Part shown: positions 28,997 through 38,044 of the stretch, one piece after another
Layout of the letters: the number at the start of each line of letters is the position of its first letter
Position numbering within the stretch: position 1 is the stretch's first letter
Assembly (NCBI GenBank): GCA_046706745.1
Contig: JBJKPC010000016.1
Span: 95,561 to 159,560, forward strand
Length of the DNA: 64,000 bases
Source: Candidatus Kryptoniota bacterium
GTDB lineage: Bacteria; Bacteroidota; Ignavibacteria; Kryptoniales; JAKASW01
Direction: 5' to 3'
Program-made: the position numbers and the translations under genes
Notes under the pieces: generated by a model
The model's database searches: none
Told to the model about the DNA's origin: nothing
What the model saw: the letters and a program-made list of their open reading frames with translations, nothing else

Positions 28997-30259
28997 ATGA
29001 GTATTGCCAATCATCCGAAAGAACAGATAGGCCGCATGCAGACCGGAGATCTAAAGCTCGTAAAGAGCATAAATGACCGGCTCGTTCTGAATCTCCTAAG
29101 AGTCAATAAGATACTTTCGAGTTCCGACCTCGTAAGAATAACGGGGATGCGACCGTCCACCATATTTAACATTCTGAAAGATATGGCCTCGCAGTCGCTT
29201 GTTCTGAACCTGGGGAAAGGCGAGTCTACCGACAAAGGAGGCAAGAAGCCCTATCTATGGAGCCTGAATAGCAGTGCCGCGTATGCTCTGGGGGTGGACG
29301 TCGAGGTTGGAGAGCTGACCGCGGTTATCCTGGATTTCGGCGCCGAGATCGTGGCGAAGAAGATCTACAGGATCGACAAGTTTGAAAAGCTCGATGAGCT
29401 CGTCCACCATATCAATGTCATCGTCGACGATATCCTGTCTCAATCGATGATTGACAGAACCAAGGTGATCGGCCTGGGTGTGGCAGTTGCAGGGATTGTG
29501 GATAATGATACTAACCTTGTAGTTATGACGGATGTGTTCCAGGAAATGAATGTCCCCATGCTGGATGCGCTTCGGAAGCAATACCCCTTTCCGGTTACGA
29601 TCGAGAACAATGCAAATGCTTCCGCCGTTGGTGACAAATGGATCGGTGTTGCCCGCGACAGCAGGAACTCGATGACCGTCTTGATGGAGTTTGACAGGAA
29701 CGTTCATGGCTTCGGGATCGGCGTGATAATTAACGAGCAGCTATACAAAGGTTCATCTTTCTGCGCCGGCGAATTAAATCTTCCGATGTCCGATCTGGGA
29801 GAAATGCTGACCAACATCAGGAGTGAGCTGAGAAATGGGCCGGTTCTGAGGCAGTACGATTCGTCTCCGTCTTCGGTAGATACCAGGGTCATGATCGACG
29901 CGGCCAAGAAAGGTGATCCCGTCGCCTTGTCGTTTTTCAAAAGGGTCGGGCATTTTATCGGGAAAAGGATAGCCAGCGTCATTGCGGTACTCAACCCTGA
30001 CATGTTGATCGTTGCAGGGGATCTTGCGGAGCTGGACGGAATCATAGTTGCTCCGTTAAAAGAGGCGATTGAGATGGAAACACTTTCCACAACGAGCAAC
30101 GCTCTGAATGTGGTGACCAGTTCGCATGGTCACTATTCAGTTGCGGTAGGTGCGGCTTCGACAGTCTTGGCCGCGTACTTTAAGGTCCCTGACATCGGGT
30201 CACTCAACTCGCTGACAGCCAACCGCTTCAAACAGGGAAGGGGCGGGAGGACCGCGTGA
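28997..30259 (+). CDS. ROK-family transcriptional regulator (NagC/Mlc/XylR-like)
   Basis: N-terminal wHTH LKLVKSINDRLVLNLLRVNKILSSSDLVRITGMRPSTIFNILKDM, followed by a ROK sugar-kinase-like fold (GLGVAVAGIVDN, ENNANASAVGDKW, FCAGELN). An alternative start is at 29036. Confidence 0.75.
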   Translation: MSIANHPKEQIGRMQTGDLKLVKSINDRLVLNLLRVNKILSSSDLVRITGMRPSTIFNILKDMASQSLVLNLGKGESTDKGGKKPYLWSLNSSAAYALGVDVEVGELTAVILDFGAEIVAKKIYRIDKFEKLDELVHHINVIVDDILSQSMIDRTKVIGLGVAVAGIVDNDTNLVVMTDVFQEMNVPMLDALRKQYPFPVTIENNANASAVGDKWIGVARDSRNSMTVLMEFDRNVHGFGIGVIINEQLYKGSSFCAGELNLPMSDLGEMLTNIRSELRNGPVLRQYDSSPSSVDTRVMIDAAKKGDPVALSFFKRVGHFIGKRIASVIAVLNPDMLIVAGDLAELDGIIVAPLKEAIEMETLSTTSNALNVVTSSHGHYSVAVGAASTVLAAYFKVPDIGSLNSLTANRFKQGRGGRTA

Positions 30260-30470
30260 TTCATCTCTCGTTCCTTCGCGGCTAGTCTCCTCAATTCATC
30301 AAATCTGCTCGGAAGTCGCCCAGATTATTTTATGAGAAAGTAAACGAAGCGGATTCTCTGGGTCCGACACGCTTTGGTTCATACAGTACCGAGGTGATAC
30401 GTCCCTCAAAGTAGGCTTTTAGTTTATTGGTGCATTTTTAGTCGGGCAGGCTAAGCCGAGAAAATTTTGC

Positions 30471-30499
30471 TTGCAAATAAACGTTCGTGAAGTTACATT
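30471..30499 (+). promoter_or_regulatory. Candidate sigma70-type promoter
   Basis: TTGCAA (30471-30476), a 17-nt spacer, then TACATT (30494-30499). It lies about 310 nt upstream of the next start codon. Confidence 0.3.
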
Positions 30500-30809
30500 G
30501 GGGCTATGGACGGCTCACGACAGGCTGTTAGCGGATTTCGTTATGGCATTGCCTGCCTGAACCATTTCGAAGAACCGAGGAAAAATCATCTATTAAGTGT
30601 CCCGTCCTTCGGCACTTTGTACGCTGAAATGCCGAGTCTTCGATCAGATTCTCCGTTAAGTTTCCTGCGCATTCCAGCGCAACCGCTCGATTCAGGTAGG
30701 GAGTTGGATTATTCCGAACTAATGATTGGCTTTGCGGCCGAGGCTCGCCCGTGACAATTTGCGTTGCAGTCTATAGGGGGAATCTTTCTCTTGTTACCGG
30801 TACTGAATT

Positions 30810-31877
30810 GTGAAAACTAGATCCATAATTCCCGCTTTCGGGCAACCTGAGATTGAGTTCTCTCCGAAGTATTATGTCTGTTACCGGAGTGAAGAACCGA
30901 TTGAGATAAACGGAGACCTCCGCAAGTCTTCGTGGAACCGGGCTAAGTGGAGCGACAATTTTGTAGATATTCTTGGGGATGCCAAGCCCTTGCCCGCGCT
31001 AAGTACACGATTCAAGATGCTCTGGGACAACGATTTCCTTTATGTAGGTGCGGAACTTGAGGAGCCCGATCTCTGGGCTACCATCACAGAGAGAGATTCG
31101 GTCATTTTCGAGGAGAACGACTTCGAAATATTCATTGATCCGGATGGTGACACCCACAATTACTACGAGTTCGAGGTAAATGCACTTGGGACGATATGGG
31201 ACCTCATGCTTCTGAAACCTTACAGGGACGGGGATCAAGTGGCAATAAGTTCTTGGGATGCAAGAGGGCTTAAAGTCGGTGTAATGCTTGACGGCAAATT
31301 GAACGATCCTTCAACCACCGACAAGGGGTGGAGCGCTGAATTGGCAATCCCGTGGAGTGCGCTCGTAGAATCCGCGCCCCGCAATGAACGGCCCTCAAAC
31401 GGTGACCAATGGAGGATGAACTTCCTCAGGGTGGAATGGCGTCGTAAAGTCGTCGCCGGTCGATACGTCAAAGACCGTAACATTCTAACCGGTGAACACC
31501 TCCCGCAACAAAATTCCGTATGGTCACCTCAGGGTGTTATCAGCATGCACTATCCGGAGATGTGGGGATTCGTGCAGTTCTCGGAGATGGATGGCAGAAC
31601 AGGAAACGATGCATTCAACTGGAATCCTGACGAAAATGCCAAATGGGCATTGAGGAAATTATACTACGCTGAAAGAAAATACTTCAGGAATCATGGCGCA
31701 TATACTCCGGACTTTTCAATCCTGAACGTCGAAGGAGAAGTGCCGGAAGGGTACTCCTGGCCTCCTCGTATCTCCGTGACGGCTACGCTCTTCGAGGCGG
31801 TGATCAAGAGTCCCGACGGGACTAAAGAAATGCATATCTCCGGTGACGGCAGAGTATGGATTTCAACGAACCGATAA
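30810..31877 (+). CDS. CBM9/DOMON-like carbohydrate-binding family 9-like protein with no signal peptide
   Basis: GTG start directly after an in-frame stop. The segment W.RAKWSDNFVDILGD..PLP...TRFKMLWDNDFLYVGAELEEPDLWA...NDFEIFIDPDGDTHNYYEFEVNALGTIWDLML matches my recollection of CBM9_2-type domains. Confidence 0.5.
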   Translation: MKTRSIIPAFGQPEIEFSPKYYVCYRSEEPIEINGDLRKSSWNRAKWSDNFVDILGDAKPLPALSTRFKMLWDNDFLYVGAELEEPDLWATITERDSVIFEENDFEIFIDPDGDTHNYYEFEVNALGTIWDLMLLKPYRDGDQVAISSWDARGLKVGVMLDGKLNDPSTTDKGWSAELAIPWSALVESAPRNERPSNGDQWRMNFLRVEWRRKVVAGRYVKDRNILTGEHLPQQNSVWSPQGVISMHYPEMWGFVQFSEMDGRTGNDAFNWNPDENAKWALRKLYYAERKYFRNHGAYTPDFSILNVEGEVPEGYSWPPRISVTATLFEAVIKSPDGTKEMHISGDGRVWISTNR

Positions 31878-32000
31878 AGAATCGGTCGTCTCGTTCAATC
31901 GTCCGGCTAAATCTGGATTTGTTCTTCCTTACCAATTAGAAATCTTTAAGGCATAATTTTCAATAATCCAATCGTATCAGAAAGGTTCTCGGAAGGGTAA

Positions 32001-34343
32001 ATGAAAAAGGTCCTGTCAAAAGTGGAAGAGACGGCCATGACTGCGTCGGGCCAGGCGCTCATGTATTCGCCCACGGAGAAAGTGGGTGTAATAACGGTTG
32101 AAAACTTTCCGATGCTCGGGAAACTCACTGCCCTGCGTTTTCTCGAATGGGCTCAGCAAAACGAAGGGGGGGTGGTGTCGTTGCCTACGGGGAAGACACC
32201 TGAGCATTTTATAAAGTGGGTCTCACACTTTCTGAACGGCTGGTCCGAGCCGGAGGTGGCTCGGGATCTCGAGACTGGCGGCATCGATCCGTCAAGGAAA
32301 CCCGATATAGCCTCGCTCCATTTTGTACAGATCGACGAGTTTTACCCGATCAGTCCCGATCAACACAACAGTTTCTACTACTACGTTAAGAAGTTTTACG
32401 TAGAGGGTTTCGGCTTCGAGGAAGAAAACACGATGCTCATAAACTGTAACGAGATCGGGCTGCCGAAAGGGAAGAAGCTCGAGGATATCTGGCCCGAGAG
32501 TTACGTCGATCTGACTTTGAGGTTTAGGCAGGCAAAGACTGCCCATGAAAGGCTTCAACAGTCTGTACTTGAGAATGTCGATCAATGGTGCGCTGAGTAC
32601 GAGGACAAAATAAGGAAGCGCGGGGGAATAGGGTTCTTTCTGGGGGGAATCGGACCGGACGGGCACATAGGGTTCAACATCAGAGGATCGGACCTCAACT
32701 CCACAACGCGACTCACTCCCACGAACTACGAAACGCAGGCAGCGGCTGCCACTGACCTGGGCGGGATAGAGGTATCGAGAAGGAGGCATGTGATAACGAT
32801 CGGGCTGGGTACCATAACAAATAACCTGCACTGCGCGGCAATAGTAATGGCCGCCGGCGAAGCAAAGAGCCGGGTTGTCGCCGATGCAGTCCAGCACAGG
32901 AAACATGTCCGTTACCCTGCCACCGTGCTTCAGAAGCTTCCTAACGCGAGGTTCTACCTGACCCAGGGAGCCGCAAAACTCCTCGTCGAACGCCGGTACG
33001 AGAAGTTCGTGAAGAAGCAAACGATCACCGAACAGGAAGTCGAAGAAGTAGTCATAAACCTTGCGTTGGAGAAGCGCAAGAAAGTGGCGGATCTGGGCCG
33101 TAAGGATTTCGAAGGGAACAGGTTCGCGTCGGAGGTCCTCAAGAAGCTCAATGAGGAAACCGAGTCGATAATATCGCGAGTCGAGACGCAGCTTATCGAA
33201 CGAATTGAAAGAGGAAGCAAATCGGAACTAAATACCAGGTTTCTCCACACGGAACCGCACCACGACGACATAATGCTTGGCTACCTGGCGTACGTAGTAC
33301 GGCGTGCAAGAGATGCGTCGAACAAGCATACGTTTCTTACCCTTACGAGCGGTTTCAACTCTGTAACTAATCAGCATATGCTCGACCAGCTGAAGAATCT
33401 CAGGTATTTTCTTGAGAAGGGCATGTTCGACAAACTCCTGGAGGAGGGGTATTTCGTGCCGGACGATCCACACATGAGGAATCGGGACATATGGCAGTAC
33501 CTCGACGGTGTAGCCGAGAACAACGCACACACGAGACGTGAAGGAGAGGCGAGAAGGCTGTTGAGAAATCTTGTTACGTTATTCGACGACGGCAGTCGCG
33601 ATAATCTCCTCAATCGCATCGACGAACTGATGAATTATTTCGAGACTCAATATCCCGGGAAGAAAGACCTTCCTCACATACAGCGCTTAAAGGGTATGAT
33701 GCGTGAATGGGAAGCCGAGTGTCTCTGGGGTTATTTCGGATTCAATTCATCTTCGATAAAACATGCCCGCCTGGGTTTCTACAAGGGCGACGTGTTTACA
33801 GAGGAACCAAGGATTGAACGGGATGTCGTTCCGGTCCTTGAGATGTTGCGCGAACTCAAACCAGATATAGTCGGCGTGGCGCTGGACCCCGAAGCGAGCG
33901 GCCCTGACACACATTATAAGGTTCTGCAAGTAATGGCAGAAGCGTTGAAGATGTATGAGGAAGAGAGCGGAAGGCATGATATCAAAATCATTGGCTACAG
34001 AAACATCTGGTACAAATTCCATCCCTCAGAATCCAACGTCTATGTGCCTGTGTCTTTGAATATGTTTTCGGTGCTCAATAACTCGTTCACCAATGCATTC
34101 GCATCGCAAAGGGGAGCGTCGTTCCCGAGTTACGAACTCGACGGGCCGTTTTCCGAACTTGCCCAGAAGATCCAGGTGAACCAGTACCAGATGCTGAAAG
34201 TCTGCCTGGGCAGGGAATACTTCAACGAACACCCGAGTCCGCTCATTCGTGCAACTCGCGGATTCACCTTCGTGCGCCTGATGGATCTCGCCGAATTCTA
34301 CGAGACCTGCATGACTATCAAGAAGAGTACGGAAGAGCTTTGA
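32001..34343 (+). CDS. nagB: Glucosamine-6-phosphate deaminase (NagB-like) fused to an LmbE/PIG-L-like deacetylase-fold region
   Basis: The N-terminal third carries NagB/6-phosphogluconolactonase motifs: VVSLPTGKTPEHF, LHFVQIDEFYPI, GGIGPDGHIGFNIRGS. The C-terminal part begins with the PIG-L/LmbE-like HTEPHHDDIMLGYLAYV. GGAAGGG Shine-Dalgarno site. Confidence 0.7.
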   Translation: MKKVLSKVEETAMTASGQALMYSPTEKVGVITVENFPMLGKLTALRFLEWAQQNEGGVVSLPTGKTPEHFIKWVSHFLNGWSEPEVARDLETGGIDPSRKPDIASLHFVQIDEFYPISPDQHNSFYYYVKKFYVEGFGFEEENTMLINCNEIGLPKGKKLEDIWPESYVDLTLRFRQAKTAHERLQQSVLENVDQWCAEYEDKIRKRGGIGFFLGGIGPDGHIGFNIRGSDLNSTTRLTPTNYETQAAAATDLGGIEVSRRRHVITIGLGTITNNLHCAAIVMAAGEAKSRVVADAVQHRKHVRYPATVLQKLPNARFYLTQGAAKLLVERRYEKFVKKQTITEQEVEEVVINLALEKRKKVADLGRKDFEGNRFASEVLKKLNEETESIISRVETQLIERIERGSKSELNTRFLHTEPHHDDIMLGYLAYVVRRARDASNKHTFLTLTSGFNSVTNQHMLDQLKNLRYFLEKGMFDKLLEEGYFVPDDPHMRNRDIWQYLDGVAENNAHTRREGEARRLLRNLVTLFDDGSRDNLLNRIDELMNYFETQYPGKKDLPHIQRLKGMMREWEAECLWGYFGFNSSSIKHARLGFYKGDVFTEEPRIERDVVPVLEMLRELKPDIVGVALDPEASGPDTHYKVLQVMAEALKMYEEESGRHDIKIIGYRNIWYKFHPSESNVYVPVSLNMFSVLNNSFTNAFASQRGASFPSYELDGPFSELAQKIQVNQYQMLKVCLGREYFNEHPSPLIRATRGFTFVRLMDLAEFYETCMTIKKSTEEL

Positions 34344-34510
34344 TAATGGTGGACCGGCACAAAAGCCAGCCGATGACGATCAAGGCTAGTAACCACGGCT
34401 TGGAGTTAATTTATTCGACAAACGAATCAACATAAGTGTTGGCGCTCGATTGGTCCGCGAAGAATCGTTAAAAATAGCCATCCATTGCAGATAATTAAAT
34501 CAGAAAAAGC

Positions 34511-34539
34511 TTGACAATCACGAGCTGTATACTTAAACT
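34511..34539 (+). promoter_or_regulatory. Candidate sigma70-type promoter
   Basis: TTGACA (34511-34516), a 17-nt spacer, then TAAACT (34534-34539). Confidence 0.3.
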
Positions 34540-34590
34540 TAGGTTGTTTATTCGATCTATTAATAAACGTAACCGGGACAGATAAAAAAA

Positions 34591-34754
34591 GTGCCTCCAG
34601 CAGCGGAAATGAAGCACCATTGTCGGAAAGAGTCGAACCGCTATCGGTTGCGTAAGACGAGGAAGACTTCGACGGGTGAAACCATCCTGCTGAAGAGCAA
34701 GCTCTCGATCCGGTTTCCTGACTTGCCGCTCTCCCCGGCACGCATTTCTGTTTT
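34591..34754 (+). promoter_or_regulatory. Candidate structured RNA leader or sRNA of unknown class
   Basis: Nested complementary pairs: GTGCC 34591-95 / GGCAC 34737-41; CAGCAG 34598-603 / CTGCTG 34687-92; GTCGAA 34632-37 / TTCGAC 34668-73. A local hairpin AGAG-CAAG-CTCT sits at 34694-705, with an alternative partner GCTCT at 34728-32. A T-rich tract ATTTCTGTTTT at 34744-54 follows. Confidence 0.3.
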
Positions 34755-34966
34755 GGATTCCCCGCCTTGCCCTCAAAGTTGCATCACCCCATCCCGATCT
34801 TCTGCGGCCGGACCCGAAAAAGGCAATACTCCTCCGATGCGGATCTCCTTCAGCGTGGCATCCGGCTCGCTCTCTGAGTTGAAAGAAGGGATGCGATTCT
34901 CTCGGAAAGAAAAGCGAAAAATAAAATCTCTTACCGATCATGAATGAACTACCGAAGGACAGTACA

Positions 34967-37933
34967 ATGACCCGACTAATACCCAGGACGTTTGGTCTCG
35001 CTTCCGTAATAATCACTTTCCTTTTTGCCTCCGCACTGGCTGCCCAGAACGGTGCGGTGCATGGAAGGGTCGAGGATGCACACACGGGCGATGCTTTGCC
35101 CGGTGCAAACGTCTTCCTGGTGGGAACAAGTCTTGGGGCGTCCACCGGGCTGAACGGAAGGTTCATGATCAAGGATGTTCCCCCGGGGTCATATACGGTT
35201 CGGACCACTTACATCGGGTACAAGACTAGTGAGAGGATCTTAAAGATCGGACCGGGGGCTGATATGGAAATAACGCTGCGCCTCGAGGCCGTGGGCGTGC
35301 AGGGGAAAGAAGTTGTTGTCACTGCACAGGCAAGCGGGCAGAACCAGGCCATCAATCAGCAACTTTCTTCCAGCCAAATCGTCAACGTCGTCTCAGCCGC
35401 CAGGATCCAGGAACTGCCCGATGCTAACGCTGCTGAATCACTGGGAAGACTACCCGGAATTTCTGTGCTAAGGACCGGCGGAGAAGCTGACCAGGTGGTT
35501 ATTCGGGGGATGGCACCGAGGTTCAATCAGGTAATGATCAACGGCGTCGAACTTCCTTCCACCAGCGCGGACAGCCGCAGCATGGATATAAGCATGATTT
35601 CCTCCAACATGCTGGAGGGAATGGAGGTCAAGAAAACTGTCACGCCTGATATGGACGCCAGTGTCATCGGCGGTGTCGTCAATCTGGAATTGAGGGAAGC
35701 TCATGTGGTCACCCCCGGTGTGCCCGTGGTCGGCCTGCTGGTTCAGGGAGGCTACAACGCTCTTCCCGACGCGTATAACAAATTAAATAACTATAAGTAC
35801 GTCGGAAGCGTCGAGGACAGGTTTTTCAATAAGAAGTTCGGAGTGTTCGCACAGGTTGACGTTGAGCGAAGAAATCTCACGTCGAACCAACTTGGCGCCA
35901 CATATGAAAATGACGGAAATCTGATCCCGCAATATTACATGGATGCGCTAAACCTGGACAACATCGCCCGCGACAGGCGAAGATACGACGGTGCGTTGGT
36001 TCTTGATTACAGACTGCCTTCCGGGACGATCAAATTCTCCAATTTCCTGAGTACTGAAACCACGAATTCGGAAGATCGCGGCGAGGCCTTCGGGATAAAG
36101 GGGAACGCGGTCATCGGGTCCAACCAACTCAACACCACACTCGGATATACCGGGAGCACTCTAAGTGTCATTATGAACGCTCTGCACTTTCAATATCAGC
36201 TTCCCATCTTTCGTGTAAATGTGCTGCTTTCTCATTCATACACGGAGACCAAGGATCCCCAGGATTGGACCGCCACATTCATTCAAGGTAATGCCGCAAT
36301 CAATTCTCTGAGCGGTGTCGCAAATCTGAATCCTCTGGTCGTGCCCGGGTCTTTCAACGACGATCCAAGCAAATCCCTCCTTCAGAACATCGCCAACACG
36401 AACAGCTTTTCGAGAGGCCGCGCACTCTCAGCCTCAGTTGATCTGGAAGCGAACCTCAACTTGTCGAATGAAATCACTTCGGTCATAAAATTCGGTGGGA
36501 TGGAACGGTACCAAACACGATCCTATGACTTTAACACCACCGGAACCCAGGGGCTGAATATTGAAAGCTCGAGCGTGTTCGACAACGCGCTGCAGAAACA
36601 ACTTTGGGGCTCGGTAAAGTACAATAACGCAGATATTGCCATGTCGAGTTTCGTGGATCCCAGCTACAGTTTCGGAAAGTTTCTCGGGGGAGACTACAAG
36701 ATGCTCTATCCTCTGAATTACGGCGAGCTTTCGACGTGGGCTAATTACCTGCTGAACAATGTAGCAAACGTGCCAAGCAAGAACAGTGTGGCATATTTCC
36801 AGGACCAGGCGAATTCCACCATGAGCGACTATGCAGGGCATGAGGATCAGAGCGCGGGATACGTAATGGCAACCATAAACTTCGGTCCAATGATAACTCT
36901 GATCCCGGGTGTGCGTTTTCAAAATCTACAAACAACATACACGGGATCACGTGGCTTTCAGAATACTCAGTCCGATCTCGGTGCCGGACCATACAATCAC
37001 TATGATACGACAATAACTCAGAGTCACGGTTTCTGGTTGCCCGACGTCGCCCTCCAGTTCAGGCCCCTGGCATGGTTCAATGTCCGTTTATCCTATACCA
37101 ACACACTCGCGTATCCCGACTATCAAGCCATTATTCCTGAAATAAATGTAAGTTCAACCGAAGGGGTGATAACATACAACAATTTTGCGCTGGTTCCTTC
37201 CCGATCAACAAACTATGACGTCTACATGTCCTTTTATGACAATTCGCTCGGACTCCTGACAGTCGGCGGCTTCCTGAAGCAGATCGATAATCTGATCTTT
37301 CAGGAGCAGCTACTGATTACTCCTTCAAATATCTTCAAATATTTTCCCCCGGGTTTGATCTCGAACGCCCATACACCGACCGCAAATCCGCAAGTCACCA
37401 CTTTCATAAACGATCCTAACAGAGCAGTCGACTACGGATTGGAATTTGACTGGCAGACCCACTTCTGGTACTTGCCGCATCCGTTTGACGGGCTGGTCCT
37501 CAACGTCAACTACACGCATGTCTTTTCAAAGGAAAAATACCCGTACGTGGCAATTCCAACAACTGGCCGCTCAAGAACTCCTTTTGATACTTCATATACG
37601 ACAAGTCTGCTCTATCAGCCCGACAACATTGCGAATCTATCCGTCGGATATGACTATAAAGGCTTTTCAATAAGGATATCGATGATTTATCAGGACAAGA
37701 TTTTTTCGGGAACCAATTACTGGCCTCAGCTGAGGACCACGACAAGCGCCTATACGAGATGGGACCTTTCGGCAAAACAAACACTGCCATGGTACGGGGT
37801 GCAGATCTATGGAGACATAAGTAACCTGAATAGCGAAGACGATATCGAGGTAATACAGGCTCCTACCGGCGTTCCACAGTCGCGGCAGTCGTACGGCATG
37901 ACGGGCGACCTTGGACTTAGAGTGAATTTCTGA
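34967..37933 (+). CDS. TonB-dependent outer-membrane receptor with an N-terminal carboxypeptidase-regulatory-like domain (oligosaccharide-uptake type)
   Basis: Signal peptide MTRLIPRTFGLASVIITFLFASALAAQ. CarbopepD_reg segment GRVEDAHTGDALPGANVFLVGTSLGASTGLNGRFMIKDVPPGSYTV. Plug segment LPGISVLRTGGEADQVVIRGMAPRFNQVMINGVELPS. Long beta-barrel ending ..LGLRVNF. ATG 34967 has a GAAGGA site upstream; ATG 34940 has none. Confidence 0.85.
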   Translation: MTRLIPRTFGLASVIITFLFASALAAQNGAVHGRVEDAHTGDALPGANVFLVGTSLGASTGLNGRFMIKDVPPGSYTVRTTYIGYKTSERILKIGPGADMEITLRLEAVGVQGKEVVVTAQASGQNQAINQQLSSSQIVNVVSAARIQELPDANAAESLGRLPGISVLRTGGEADQVVIRGMAPRFNQVMINGVELPSTSADSRSMDISMISSNMLEGMEVKKTVTPDMDASVIGGVVNLELREAHVVTPGVPVVGLLVQGGYNALPDAYNKLNNYKYVGSVEDRFFNKKFGVFAQVDVERRNLTSNQLGATYENDGNLIPQYYMDALNLDNIARDRRRYDGALVLDYRLPSGTIKFSNFLSTETTNSEDRGEAFGIKGNAVIGSNQLNTTLGYTGSTLSVIMNALHFQYQLPIFRVNVLLSHSYTETKDPQDWTATFIQGNAAINSLSGVANLNPLVVPGSFNDDPSKSLLQNIANTNSFSRGRALSASVDLEANLNLSNEITSVIKFGGMERYQTRSYDFNTTGTQGLNIESSSVFDNALQKQLWGSVKYNNADIAMSSFVDPSYSFGKFLGGDYKMLYPLNYGELSTWANYLLNNVANVPSKNSVAYFQDQANSTMSDYAGHEDQSAGYVMATINFGPMITLIPGVRFQNLQTTYTGSRGFQNTQSDLGAGPYNHYDTTITQSHGFWLPDVALQFRPLAWFNVRLSYTNTLAYPDYQAIIPEINVSSTEGVITYNNFALVPSRSTNYDVYMSFYDNSLGLLTVGGFLKQIDNLIFQEQLLITPSNIFKYFPPGLISNAHTPTANPQVTTFINDPNRAVDYGLEFDWQTHFWYLPHPFDGLVLNVNYTHVFSKEKYPYVAIPTTGRSRTPFDTSYTTSLLYQPDNIANLSVGYDYKGFSIRISMIYQDKIFSGTNYWPQLRTTTSAYTRWDLSAKQTLPWYGVQIYGDISNLNSEDDIEVIQAPTGVPQSRQSYGMTGDLGLRVNF

Positions 37934-38044
37934 TTCATAATCTGCTCCGGCCGTAAAGACCAATCGGCGGCCTCACGAGAGTTTTGTCTGCCGGAGCTTC
38001 GATGTCGAACTTGATGTCAACATTAACCAACAAGGAGAAGGAAT

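Noticed and set aside
30506-30754. An 82-aa ORF in the ROK/CBM9 intergenic region, and a 118-aa ORF at 34591-34947.
   Set aside because: Neither has a ribosome-binding site or a recognisable domain, and both have atypical composition (Ser/Arg/Pro-rich). They are more likely non-coding leader sequence.
30501-30790. GGGGCTATGGACGGCTCACGACAGG looked like a tmRNA 5' end (GGGGCUG...UUCGAC).
   Set aside because: There is no complementary 3' acceptor strand (TAGCCCC), no T-arm GGTTCGAATCC, no CCA end and no plausible tag reading frame downstream.
34591-34741. Possible cobalamin (or FMN/TPP) riboswitch upstream of the TonB-dependent receptor. The sequence has GGGTGAAACCATCC and GCGTAAG-like strings.
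   Set aside because: The diagnostic cores are absent: GCCACTG and the B12 box GACCTGCC for cobalamin, CTGAGA...ACCTGATCTGGATAATGCCAGCG for TPP, and the CGGGGC..ACCGGCGGTA pattern for FMN. I kept it only as an unclassified structured-RNA candidate.
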